From IMG/VR virus record IMGVR_UViG_2703718859_000017: a stretch of 32,854 nt of DNA, one strand, 5' to 3'. Within the stretch, counting starts at the first letter, position 1, and each line of letters begins with the position of its first letter. Position numbers and translations under genes: made by a program. Source of the stretch: a virus. Taxonomy: Duplodnaviria; Heunggongvirae; Uroviricota; Caudoviricetes. The notes below the pieces were generated by a model that saw only the letters and a list, made by a program, of their open reading frames with translations, did not search any database and was not told the origin of the DNA. Shown piece by piece: positions 9,198 through 17,811 of the stretch.

Positions 9198-11380
9198 CCC
9201 GCGTAAAGCTCCGTCCATTCATCCAGTTGCCCCGGCGTCATCGGGTTCTGCGTGTTGATTGTCAGATTGCCGAACGTCCGGCTGTTGTCGATACGGGTTG
9301 AGGTGTCCGTGCGTATCTGGTTGCGTATGCCTCCGGGTGGCAGCTCTGCGCTGATGCGGTTGCCTGCCAGTGCCGGGACGGCGGTTTCTGCAATCTGCGG
9401 AGGTACGGTGCTGCCTGTTGCGCCCCGCGTCATGGTGTTCACCTGCTCCGTGGGCTTCATGTCGATACTGATACCGGGGATTTTGTTCAGCTTTTCCGCA
9501 AGCCAGTTCCACGTCCGGTTAAACGAGTTTTTAATGACGTTCCATAAGTCCCCGAAGACGTTACCGATGATCCCCGCCATTTTCCGGAAGGATTCGACCG
9601 GGGCGGTCGGGTCAAATGCAGCCACCACGTCCTGCCACCCTCTGATGACGATGGCGAAGATGTCGATCAGGGTTCTGATCACGCTGATAACCACCTCCAG
9701 CGCGGGGGATATCAGGCTTACCGCTGCGGCCACCACGCGACCGCATGTTTCCCCGGCACGGGTGACGCTGTTCATCTGTCCCGTGGTCAGCTGTACCGGT
9801 GCAAACAGATCGGAGAAGGCACTGAACAGTGTTTTTATGCCCTGCCATACCGGGGCCAGCGCCCGGGCAATGTCACCGAACGCGGCAGTCACCGGGCTCA
9901 TGGCGTCCAGTGCGCTGGTAAAACCATCAATAAAGCCGCGAATAAAGGCTTTGATGGGCTGCCAGAACTTAATGGCCACCACCACCAGAGCAGCGATGGC
10001 GGCGGCAACCAGGAGGACCGGGGCGCTCATGGTCAGAAACGACACGCCCGCCAGACGCGCGGCAAGACTGGTGGCAATGATGGCACTGCGTACTTTTGTG
10101 AGTGCAAGCGTGTACAGACTCCAGGCTGCCCTGGCGCCCTTTATGATGGCCTTATGGCCTTCCATGATGAAGCTGAACACACCCAGCACGATGTTCGTGA
10201 CCGCACCGGCTGCGCCCAGCGCCAGCATGGTCAGCGTGATGTAACCCAGCCAGCGGGCGATGTTCGGGAACATGTTCAGCCAGCGCACGAACGTCGCGCC
10301 GATATCGGCAAAACGGCCAGCCAGTGGTGCGAGAATGGGGTAGAGGGCGTTACCGATGGCGGCCCGGATGTTGTAGAAGGAGGCCACAAGGCGGTCCCAC
10401 GGGTCGGTCATGGCTTCCGCCATTTCCGTGGCACGCTTCATGCCGTCATTACGCCCCAGCGCTGATATGCTCCGGTTAAGCATTTCCTGCTGTCCCCAGA
10501 GTTTTTTAATCACGTCCGCGCCACTGCCGAAGGCGTCATCCAGCGCCTGTTGTGCCGCCACGTTACCCTCAATGTTCCTGCCGAACCTCGCCTGCAGACG
10601 GTCGAGGATGTCACCCATGGGTAAAATCTTCCCGGTGGCATCGACAAAACTCATCCCCATTTTTTGTGCGGCAGCGGGGGCACTGCGCAGGAATTCCTCA
10701 TAGATGCCCGATGCCTCGGTGCCCATGGTCCGTGACAGGGTGCCCAGTATGGCAAACTGCTCTGCCATGCTGACGCCAAAATCCGCGCCCGCGTTTTTGG
10801 TGCCCTCAATAAGCTCCTGCATGGTGCTCATTTCCACACCGAACTGCTGAACCATCCACGCGGTTTTACCTGCCAGATCTTCAGCAAACCCCACGGCACC
10901 CATGGCAGAAAACTCACTGCGGAAACGGGCACCCATGGCGGCAAGGTAGCCGCTCGCCTCTTCGCTGCTGACGCGGGTAGCCACGGCCAGGGTGCTGGTT
11001 GCTGCCGTCACACGGGGTAAATCCCCGTCGCTCAGTCCGTCCAGTGCGCCGCGAATATGCCATGCGGAACGGATGATCTCCGTGGAAGACTGACCGAATG
11101 CGGTCCCCAGTTTCATGGCCTGCGTGGTGAGGGCGGTCAGCGCCTGCGCCCCGACGCCTTTGGCCTCAAGCTCGCCCAGCGCCTTCTGCATCTCCCACGC
11201 CGGATCCATCGCGGCGCGGATACCTTCGGCCACGCCCCACAGTCCGGCCACACCCACACCGATACGCGCGAACGCGCCCTGCGAGCGTTCGGCGAATCCC
11301 GTCACGGATTCCTGAACCTGCCGCAGCGGGCGGGTAAGCTGGTCTGTCAGATTGATAATGAAATCCAGCTGGCTGGCCAT
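9194..11380 (-). CDS. T: Tail tape measure protein
   Basis: 728 aa with long hydrophobic internal segments. Immediately downstream of the E/E' chaperone pair; ATG sits right after the E' stop. Confidence 0.8.
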   Translation of the reverse strand: MASQLDFIINLTDQLTRPLRQVQESVTGFAERSQGAFARIGVGVAGLWGVAEGIRAAMDPAWEMQKALGELEAKGVGAQALTALTTQAMKLGTAFGQSSTEIIRSAWHIRGALDGLSDGDLPRVTAATSTLAVATRVSSEEASGYLAAMGARFRSEFSAMGAVGFAEDLAGKTAWMVQQFGVEMSTMQELIEGTKNAGADFGVSMAEQFAILGTLSRTMGTEASGIYEEFLRSAPAAAQKMGMSFVDATGKILPMGDILDRLQARFGRNIEGNVAAQQALDDAFGSGADVIKKLWGQQEMLNRSISALGRNDGMKRATEMAEAMTDPWDRLVASFYNIRAAIGNALYPILAPLAGRFADIGATFVRWLNMFPNIARWLGYITLTMLALGAAGAVTNIVLGVFSFIMEGHKAIIKGARAAWSLYTLALTKVRSAIIATSLAARLAGVSFLTMSAPVLLVAAAIAALVVVAIKFWQPIKAFIRGFIDGFTSALDAMSPVTAAFGDIARALAPVWQGIKTLFSAFSDLFAPVQLTTGQMNSVTRAGETCGRVVAAAVSLISPALEVVISVIRTLIDIFAIVIRGWQDVVAAFDPTAPVESFRKMAGIIGNVFGDLWNVIKNSFNRTWNWLAEKLNKIPGISIDMKPTEQVNTMTRGATGSTVPPQIAETAVPALAGNRISAELPPGGIRNQIRTDTSTRIDNSRTFGNLTINTQNPMTPGQLDEWTELYAG

Positions 11381-11381
11381 G

Positions 11382-11845
11382 TCACCTTCCGTTAAATGCG
11401 ATCGCTATACCTTCAGCGGTCTTGTTGGCGCGGGTACGGGCAAAATATTCATCCAGCCAGATGGCACGGGCGATGCTCTCTTCGTCGTCCGGCTCTCCGG
11501 GGAGGTAGTGACGCCGCAATGCCAGATACTGCTCAAGGGGATTGCGGCGGATGCTTTCGACCCGCGCGGTCAGTTTTTTAACTCAATCTCCAGTTTCGGG
11601 GAGTAAACCTCGTTAATCTTCTCGACGATCTGCATCTCACAGCCCGGATAACGCGCAATCAGGTCAGCCAGTGCGTCGCGGCTGGCAGGTGTCACGATGC
11701 GGTTAAGATAGGTGCTCATCGGCGCCACCTTGTTGGTCATCGTGATTTCGTTGATGAGGTTGTTAAATGCCGTTTTGTTCGGTTCAAAGCTCAGGGTTAC
11801 GCCCGCAACGGACAGGATGATGGTGCCGGTGTTCTTCGTGGTCAT
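11382..11845 (-). CDS. Tail assembly chaperone E+E' (-1 programmed frameshift product)
   Basis: Manual translation in the -1 frame from the slippery site gives an open extension of about 60 codons, ending at TGA 11382-11384 just before the tape-measure ATG (11380). Confidence 0.5.
11570..11845 (-). CDS. E: Tail assembly chaperone E (zero-frame product)
   Basis: 91 aa ORF ending ...KLEIELKN with slippery heptamer A_AAA_AAC at its 3' end. Conserved position before the tape measure gene. Confidence 0.6.
   Translation of the reverse strand: MTTKNTGTIILSVAGVTLSFEPNKTAFNNLINEITMTNKVAPMSTYLNRIVTPASRDALADLIARYPGCEMQIVEKINEVYSPKLEIELKN
11573..11579 (-). promoter_or_regulatory. -1 ribosomal frameshift slippery heptamer A_AAA_AAC
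   Basis: Minus strand reads TTA AAA AAC TGA at the end of E. X_XXY_YYZ heptamer seen directly. Confidence 0.5.
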
Positions 11846-12135
11846 TGCAGTTTCTCCGTGTTTCGTATGGTTTCCACCAGGCTGTTATGCCTGGCGGCGC
11901 ATTCGGTGTAGCGGCTCGTGAGGGTTCGCAGTGCCGCATCAAAATCAGCGCCCGTCGGGCCTGCCAGTCTCGGCAGTGTCTTCGGGCATTCCGCCAGCTG
12001 GTTTTCCTGCCAGGGTACGCTCAGCGGCTTCAGCACGGGCGTTGAACAGCCGGACGTAATCATCAGTAGCGCACACATTGCGGAATACCGGGCGGACGGT
12101 TTCCGTGTGAATAACGCGTTCAGTGTGAATTTCAT
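11842..12135 (-). CDS. o-spanin (outer-membrane lipoprotein; lipobox LMITSGC)
   Basis: 97 aa ORF in an alternate frame overlapping the 3' part of the i-spanin gene and extending beyond it. Lipobox with Cys followed by a Pro-rich segment. Confidence 0.5.
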   Translation of the reverse strand: MKFTLNALFTRKPSARYSAMCALLMITSGCSTPVLKPLSVPWQENQLAECPKTLPRLAGPTGADFDAALRTLTSRYTECAARHNSLVETIRNTEKLQ

Positions 12136-12331
12136 TGCCCTTTAACGCCTCCAGCCGTTTTTCCAGTATGCGGGCGGACTGCTGCCCGGCTTCTGTTACC
12201 GCACGTCGCGTGGCTTCCATGGCTTCCTGTTCGGCAAGCGCCACCCTGGCGTCATGCCAGTCATGGGCCAGCCAGCCCGCCCACATGGCGGCAAAGAGGA
12301 TCACCAGGCAGCCCGCCACCTGTTTCATCAT
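11945..12331 (-). CDS. i-spanin (N-terminal transmembrane helix plus coiled-coil)
   Basis: 128 aa. N-terminal hydrophobic helix VAGCLVILFAAMWAGWLA, then charged helical region. Start overlaps the endolysin stop. Confidence 0.5.
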   Translation of the reverse strand: MMKQVAGCLVILFAAMWAGWLAHDWHDARVALAEQEAMEATRRAVTEAGQQSARILEKRLEALKGNEIHTERVIHTETVRPVFRNVCATDDYVRLFNARAEAAERTLAGKPAGGMPEDTAETGRPDGR

Positions 12332-12666
12332 TTCACCCCGTTGTGCTCAAGGCTGAAATGATTGCCGTCTGCCCGGCTGAAGCGTCCGCCCCATGTGCCG
12401 CCGATGGATTCCCAGTATTCCCCCAGCGGCCTGTAGGCGTCGGTATCGGCCTGGTATTCGCCGTTAATGAACAGGTTGAAGTCCACCGCGAGGCGCAGCG
12501 TGTGAAGGCTGTTGCGAATGCCTTTTCCGCTTTTCGCATTCAGTGCGGCCTGCTCCGGCGTGCGGTATGCCTCGCCGAAGGTCAGGCGATAGCCGTGCTC
12601 CTGTGCCCAGTGGATGAGATCGGCAATCATGACGGCAAACAGTTGTTGTTTTTCGCTCAGTTTCAT
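12328..12666 (-). CDS. Endolysin, peptidase M15-type zinc peptidase (L-Ala-D-Glu / D-Ala-D-Ala peptidase family)
   Basis: 112 aa with SLHTLRLAVD and DGNHFSLEH motifs that resemble the remembered H-x6-D...H zinc site of M15 peptidases. Sits between holin/MTase and spanins. Confidence 0.55.
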   Translation of the reverse strand: MKLSEKQQLFAVMIADLIHWAQEHGYRLTFGEAYRTPEQAALNAKSGKGIRNSLHTLRLAVDFNLFINGEYQADTDAYRPLGEYWESIGGTWGGRFSRADGNHFSLEHNGVK

Positions 12667-13418
12667 CAGTCACTCCTCTGTTCCGTCCCCGTAAGACGCG
12701 CCTGTGCCACGCTGAAATAGTGGGCGTTCAGTTCAATACCCGTAAAACGGCAGCCCCGGCGAAGGGCGGCCACGCCCGTGGTGCCGGACCCCATAAACGG
12801 ATCGAGGATCAGCCCTCCGGGTTCACACACGCGCACAAGCTCATCCATCAACGATTCCGGTTTACCTGTCGGGTGCTGTTTCTCCTGTGGGCGTGTGTGG
12901 TGCGTGATGCAGCCGTCGAACGGCCCGGAAGGGGATTTGCCCAGCGCGCCTTTACTGCCCCAGACCACATATTCGCACTGGTGACGAAAATAACCGGTAT
13001 GCGGTGTTCTTGAGGCCCGTCCCTTGTTCCATGCCACGATCCCCCGCCAGGTAAAGCCGGCGGCCTGGAATGCGTCCGTCAGCGCGGGCAACTGCCGCCA
13101 GTCGGTGAAGACCAGGGCGTAACCACCGGGTCGTACCGTGCGCCATGCCTGTGTCATCCACAGATGCGTCCAGTATTCCCATGAACGGGCGTCCATGTTC
13201 TCGCCTTCGAAGCCTTCAAAGCGGTGAAGATCTTCATCGTTGATGTATTTGGCGTGGCTGCCCTGGCATGTCCGCCCCGCCTTGTGTGTGGCACCTGAAC
13301 TGTATGGCGGGTCTGTGATGAGCGCGTCCACACTGTTTTCCGGCAGCATCCGCAGAACGTCATGCGCCTGCGCGTGATACAGGCTCAGGGAAGGCGAAAT
13401 GTAAGGCTTATGGGTCAT
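12666..13418 (-). CDS. DNA methyltransferase (N6-adenine or N4-cytosine, beta-class); orphan, no adjacent restriction enzyme
   Basis: 250 aa with ITDPPYSSG (catalytic DPPY motif) near the N-terminus and LDPFMGSGTTG (AdoMet-binding FxGxG) near the C-terminus. Overlaps the holin stop and endolysin start. Confidence 0.8.
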   Translation of the reverse strand: MTHKPYISPSLSLYHAQAHDVLRMLPENSVDALITDPPYSSGATHKAGRTCQGSHAKYINDEDLHRFEGFEGENMDARSWEYWTHLWMTQAWRTVRPGGYALVFTDWRQLPALTDAFQAAGFTWRGIVAWNKGRASRTPHTGYFRHQCEYVVWGSKGALGKSPSGPFDGCITHHTRPQEKQHPTGKPESLMDELVRVCEPGGLILDPFMGSGTTGVAALRRGCRFTGIELNAHYFSVAQARLTGTEQRSD

Positions 13419-13713
13419 TTCTGCGTTCCTTCTGCTTCAGGTAGCGGTCTGCCAGACGGCAAAAGCATTCTTCAATAAAGGCGCTGCCCATAATGCCCAG
13501 CGCGCACGCCAGACCGACCACAACCAGCTCCGGCATGTCAGGAAATTTAAACAGCGGAATGGCGGCAACCGGTGCCACGGCAGAGCCCATAATCATTCGC
13601 CCGATAAGCAGACGGGCTGTGATGCGATCGCGGCTCACCATGAGACGCCCCAGCCCGATGGCAGCACCGATGATAATCAGTTTTGCCAGGAGTGAAGTCT
13701 GACCGTCCGGCAT
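13408..13713 (-). CDS. Holin-like membrane protein (three predicted TM segments, charged C-terminus)
   Basis: 101 aa ORF with hydrophobic segments LLAKLIIIGAAIGLG, GSAVAPVAAIPLF, LVVVGLACALGIMGSAFI and a C-terminal KQKERRND tail. First gene of the lysis cluster. Confidence 0.45.
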   Translation of the reverse strand: MPDGQTSLLAKLIIIGAAIGLGRLMVSRDRITARLLIGRMIMGSAVAPVAAIPLFKFPDMPELVVVGLACALGIMGSAFIEECFCRLADRYLKQKERRNDP

Positions 13714-13717
13714 GGCA

Positions 13718-14179
13718 TCACCCCTTCAGATCGCGGGTGTCACGGGCTGACAGGTAGGGCACGCCGTCAATGCTGATAAAGTCCGGGCTTGTGACCATGA
13801 ACTTGATTTTTTTCGTGGTCTTTCCGGCTTCGCCTGCGCTGATGTTCACCACGTCCGACAACATGGGGACGCAGCCGAATACCTCGATTTTTTCCTCCTC
13901 GCTGCCGTTGTTGGCATAAAAGAGAAAATCCTTTTCAGGAATGGCACGCCACGACCCCGCAGAGCGGGCCACAGCACCAAACTTTTTAAAGTTCTGCGCG
14001 TCGACTTCCACCTCCACATCGGCAGAAACAGAACCACGGGTGTAGCCGTTCGGCACGCCGCGCGTCTGTGCCACGGCGCTGTTGTCGGTGATGGTGACGG
14101 TGGCGCTTTCCACGTGGATCATGATCCCGTCGTAGTTGATATCAAACGCGCCGCCGCTGATACGTTCATTTCCGGCCAT
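13718..14179 (-). CDS. Putative tail tube protein
   Basis: ORF track 13718..14209. Likely start at the Met at 14179, just after the sheath stop. About 150 aa following the sheath-sized gene; assignment by order and size. Confidence 0.45.
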   Translation of the reverse strand: MAGNERISGGAFDINYDGIMIHVESATVTITDNSAVAQTRGVPNGYTRGSVSADVEVEVDAQNFKKFGAVARSAGSWRAIPEKDFLFYANNGSEEEKIEVFGCVPMLSDVVNISAGEAGKTTKKIKFMVTSPDFISIDGVPYLSARDTRDLKG

Positions 14180-14180
14180 G

Positions 14181-15326
14181 TCAGATCTCCAGTGCTGTGT
14201 CGAGTTCAATACTTACGCCAATGGCTTTTGCGCTCTCGTAGGGGCGTACCACAATGTAAATCTGCACGTGTGTACTGCTGGTCCAGACGATGGTGATATC
14301 CCCGTCCTGTGGCGGTTTAACCTCGCCGGGGAACGGTACGCCGTTAATCTCCGTGGCGAGCGCCATTTCACGCAGCGTGCGGCTGAAATATGTCTGGCTG
14401 GCGGCAATGCTGCCCGGTGTGCTGTTGAGTGCGCGATCTGCAAGGCGGGCAATGGCGCGCAGACGTACACGGCGGGAGACTTTATCCACCACGCGCACGT
14501 TTTCGATGACCTGGTAATCGCCCCCCTCCACATCAAGGGTGCGTCCGTCTGACCAGTAGAGCCCGTCGAAATCGTGATACCACATGGGCACGCTGAAGCG
14601 TTTGCCTTCCAGCGAGCGCAGCGTGGCCAGCTCAAGGGGCTGTTTCTTGCCGTCCTGCGGGATCTCATCGTTACCCATCGCCACCAGGGCACCGGTTGCC
14701 ACACGTGCCGGACTGTCCGCAACGGTGACGGAAGGATTACAGAGACGGCCCGCCAGTACGCCGGGCTCATTTCCCCATAAGCGGGGAACCACCATCACGC
14801 CAGGTGCTGCCACGCCGTCCTGTATGGCACTGATGCGGGTGACGTATGCCGCCCATGCCTCATCCTTGCCCGGTCCGGCCACGCACAGCATGAACCAGAC
14901 AAAACGGCCATAAGCGGACTGAAGCAGGGCGCGGGTTTCGGTGGCGCGGTTAACGGCATCTTTGGCCGTGATGTCAATGGCAATCACCACGCCCTCGGCA
15001 GAAGCAATGGTCTGCGCTTTTTTCACCGCGTCCACCCATGCGGCGTTAGCGTCGCCGCCCTCCGGTGCCGGGGGTTTGGGTTCAGACAGAACGTGAACAT
15101 AGGCAAACCAGTTCTGGCCACCGTTGGCGATTGCGGCGGTAAGCGTGGATTTAAGCAGGCTTTCATCCGGTCCCAGCACGTCGTCCAGGTCGGTCTCAGG
15201 GGAGACGGAAAGGGTGTTACCTGTGTTCTTTTTGCCATAGCCCACAAAAAGCAGCGTGCGCTCCACTTCACGGGTGGCACCGTTGAAACGGTTCTGATGG
15301 CTTACGGTTACATTCGGCCAGCTCAC
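14181..15326 (-). CDS. Putative tail sheath protein
   Basis: 381 aa ORF directly upstream of the tube-sized gene and downstream of tail-completion-like genes. Assignment by gene order and size, not a recognised motif. Confidence 0.45.
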   Translation of the reverse strand: MSWPNVTVSHQNRFNGATREVERTLLFVGYGKKNTGNTLSVSPETDLDDVLGPDESLLKSTLTAAIANGGQNWFAYVHVLSEPKPPAPEGGDANAAWVDAVKKAQTIASAEGVVIAIDITAKDAVNRATETRALLQSAYGRFVWFMLCVAGPGKDEAWAAYVTRISAIQDGVAAPGVMVVPRLWGNEPGVLAGRLCNPSVTVADSPARVATGALVAMGNDEIPQDGKKQPLELATLRSLEGKRFSVPMWYHDFDGLYWSDGRTLDVEGGDYQVIENVRVVDKVSRRVRLRAIARLADRALNSTPGSIAASQTYFSRTLREMALATEINGVPFPGEVKPPQDGDITIVWTSSTHVQIYIVVRPYESAKAIGVSIELDTALEI

Positions 15327-15337
15327 GGTGTGACTCC

Positions 15338-16048
15338 TTATCTGATATCCTGTGCGTCAACGTCCAGGCCGTAGCCCATTGCGTTCATCTGGCGTGCCAG
15401 GATGTGTGAAAATTCTTCGTTTGTTACCCCCAGAAAGACGCGCGACGGAAGGGTAATGGTCCATGTCCGGGCCTTCTGCTGACGTGGTCCGGCGATAATC
15501 TGATCTTCCATAACGGTGATCAGCAACCCGGCCTGCGCCCGCGAAAGCGTTAACAGGTATTTCATGGATGCTTTCCGCCAGCGCCCCTTCTGACGTACCT
15601 TAAAGCCCAGCTCCCGCAGTCGTTTTGCCTGTCGGCGGGTGGCGGTCTGTCCGCTCTGGTCCTGACCGCTGAAGCTGTCAGCACTGACCCGGATTTCTGC
15701 GCCGTTGTGGTGAACCCAGCCCACGGCACCGGCACTGATGCGGCTCCTGCCACTGGTGTGATTGCCGTTACGGAAATAAACCTTTACGGCATCCTGTCCG
15801 GGCATCTCACGGACCGCCAGAAGACGCGGCAGCTTTCTGAACATTTTCCCCTTGCCGCGTTTCCGGGGTGCCCATGCTGTGCCGTCCGGCGCGGTCTGAT
15901 CGCGCTGATGGCGTCTGGCTGCGGCGATAATGCCGTGCCGGGCAATACGCCATAACAGGCGACGGCGTTTTTTTGGTGGCAGATCCAGAGACTGAAGCAT
16001 CGCCTGCGCTTCTGCCAGCTGCTGCGGGTTCAGCTGGCCGCTTATCAT
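15338..16048 (-). CDS. Virion morphogenesis / tail completion protein (P2 gpS-like, tentative)
   Basis: 236 aa ORF following the R-like gene. Assignment by position. Confidence 0.35.
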   Translation of the reverse strand: MISGQLNPQQLAEAQAMLQSLDLPPKKRRRLLWRIARHGIIAAARRHQRDQTAPDGTAWAPRKRGKGKMFRKLPRLLAVREMPGQDAVKVYFRNGNHTSGRSRISAGAVGWVHHNGAEIRVSADSFSGQDQSGQTATRRQAKRLRELGFKVRQKGRWRKASMKYLLTLSRAQAGLLITVMEDQIIAGPRQQKARTWTITLPSRVFLGVTNEEFSHILARQMNAMGYGLDVDAQDIR

Positions 16049-16518
16049 TCGCGGCTCCTGCTGACAAACAGCTCCATGGTTTCCGCCGTCCAGATTTCAG
16101 GGTTAACCAGTGTCCAGCGTTTTCCCCTGTACGGAACGGGGCCGTCTTCCTGCACCCGGATGATCAGCGGGTCAGCCAGTCCCACCGTGATATCGAGAAG
16201 GCACGAATCCTCATCGTTAAACTGCGGGTCGACGTTCACATCCTCCGGGCGGAATTCCTCCCTCAGCGGGTCCGCGTGCTCTTCCAGCCAGGCCATGACC
16301 AGCGCGTAAACCAGCCCCGGTGAGTATTTGCGGAACGGGAAGTTATCCCATGCAATCACGCCGGTGTACGTCATCACGCCCATGCGGATCTGGTCGTTAC
16401 CCAGCGCCTTCTGACTGCGGATAAGCTGCGCGTCTTCCTGACTGCTCATGAAGAACTGCATGGCGTCAGGCGGCAGATTTTCGGTAATGAAGGCGGTCAG
16501 GCTTTCCAGCTGGTTCAT
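16045..16518 (-). CDS. Tail completion protein (P2 gpR-like, tentative)
   Basis: 157 aa ORF immediately after head completion gene L. Size matches P2 gpR (recalled as about 155 aa). Confidence 0.4.
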   Translation of the reverse strand: MNQLESLTAFITENLPPDAMQFFMSSQEDAQLIRSQKALGNDQIRMGVMTYTGVIAWDNFPFRKYSPGLVYALVMAWLEEHADPLREEFRPEDVNVDPQFNDEDSCLLDITVGLADPLIIRVQEDGPVPYRGKRWTLVNPEIWTAETMELFVSRSRE

Positions 16519-16988
16519 ATAATGTGCACTCCCGCGCGTCTGTGCCCCAGCATGTTACGCATGACCAGCGAGGCTTCAGCCAGTAAGGTGGCGCGTGTGT
16601 CCTCGCTTTCCTGCCCTGGATAGGTTTCACGGCGACCAATGGTGGCGAACTCGCCCATAAGATCGGCCTTGGCACGGGCATAAACGGCCTTTTTGTACTG
16701 TGCGACCAGCTGGGTTTCATCGCCCAGCCTGGCCCCCGGTACGTCTGCGGCGCGTTCATGCCCCTGCGCCTTCCAGTGCGCCACAACCGGCGCCAGCGTG
16801 GTGTTTACCTCGGCCACTGCGGCAAGCAGCGCCATGGCCGCCGTGTCGTCGGGTAAATCAGCCGGAAGCGTGCGTGACCCCTGAAGCTCAGCCAGATCAA
16901 GGTCCGGCCAGAACGGCTCGCCGTTTGTCACCGTCTGCGGTGTGGATTTCAGCGGTTTACCGCTGACGCTGAAGCTCGGTTCGCTCAT
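16515..16988 (-). CDS. L: Head completion/stabilization protein (P2 gpL-like)
   Basis: ORF track 16515..17039. Preferred ATG at 16988 with a GAGG-like SD. Directly downstream of the small terminase gene, as in P2. Confidence 0.65.
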   Translation of the reverse strand: MSEPSFSVSGKPLKSTPQTVTNGEPFWPDLDLAELQGSRTLPADLPDDTAAMALLAAVAEVNTTLAPVVAHWKAQGHERAADVPGARLGDETQLVAQYKKAVYARAKADLMGEFATIGRRETYPGQESEDTRATLLAEASLVMRNMLGHRRAGVHII

Positions 16989-17095
16989 GACGTGCCTCAT
17001 ATGAATAAAAAGGCGGGCTGTCCGGGATTCCACGGCCATACAGTTTCCGTCACTGATGCCTCCTCCCGCGCCCGCCCGGCCCTGCGGGTAGTCGT

Positions 17096-17794
17096 TTACG
17101 CTGCATTAAGGGCGCTGATGCGTGCCCTGATGCGCGCCCTGATACTTTTTACGCCAGCGGTACGGCTCAGTGCTGCCGCCTGTGCCAGGTATGCGTCTGC
17201 CTTTTCCAGTACGGCAGTATCATTAATCGCGGTGGCTCTCGGTTTGCCCGCCTCGTCGCGCAGAAGATACAGCCCGGCAAATCTGAACCACTTCGCGCGG
17301 ATTTCCTCATGCAGTCGCCACGTGGTGGTGACGTTCCTGAAGGTGCGCGAAAAATACGGCTCTATGCTGTGTCCGGCCTCGCTGTTGTCGGTGGCCCACT
17401 GCAGCACCGTGTCGGCCACGAAGGCGGGCAGGGTGCTGCGGAAGTTGTCCGGCGTGGCCTGGCCTTCACTGATGGCAATGTCTGCCCAGTCAAGGGCGCG
17501 ACTCAGGTCGCCCGTGTCGAACAGCCAGATGATGCAGTACACCAGTACCGGGCAGGCGTGGCGCTTTCCGTCAGCGATATAGCGCTCCGCGACGGGCAGC
17601 CAGCGCGGCAGGAGAATGTCGTGCTTGAACGCCAGCCGCTCTTCGCGGACAGGAAGACTGCGCAGCCGTGCCACATCGCGATCAAGCTCCGCGCGTAACA
17701 GGTGGAAGCTGACCGGGGAGGCCGTCAGCGCTTCCCGGCGTTCGAGTGCCTCCTGTGTGCGGATTTTCGCCCGGTGTCGCTGGCAGGGTGTCAT
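17096..17794 (-). CDS. M: Terminase small (endonuclease) subunit, P2 gpM-like
   Basis: 232 aa ORF between capsid N and head completion L. P2 head-gene order O-N-M-L is conserved. Confidence 0.7.
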   Translation of the reverse strand: MTPCQRHRAKIRTQEALERREALTASPVSFHLLRAELDRDVARLRSLPVREERLAFKHDILLPRWLPVAERYIADGKRHACPVLVYCIIWLFDTGDLSRALDWADIAISEGQATPDNFRSTLPAFVADTVLQWATDNSEAGHSIEPYFSRTFRNVTTTWRLHEEIRAKWFRFAGLYLLRDEAGKPRATAINDTAVLEKADAYLAQAAALSRTAGVKSIRARIRARISALNAA

Positions 17795-17811
17795 TGCGCC
17801 GCCCTCTGTGC

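Noticed and set aside
9252-10244. 330-aa plus-strand ORF antisense to the tape measure gene; similar long antisense ORFs inside capsid N (17746..18684) and replication gene A (24872..26289)
   Set aside because: They lie entirely within well-supported genes on the opposite strand. High-GC coding DNA commonly yields long antisense open frames. Translations are Ala/Arg/Ser-rich without motifs.
12333-12720. Overlapping small ORFs inside the endolysin/spanin region (for example 12343..12720 +)
   Set aside because: Antisense to or out of frame with the lysis genes; judged frame-shadow artefacts. Only the embedded o-spanin frame, with a lipobox, was accepted.
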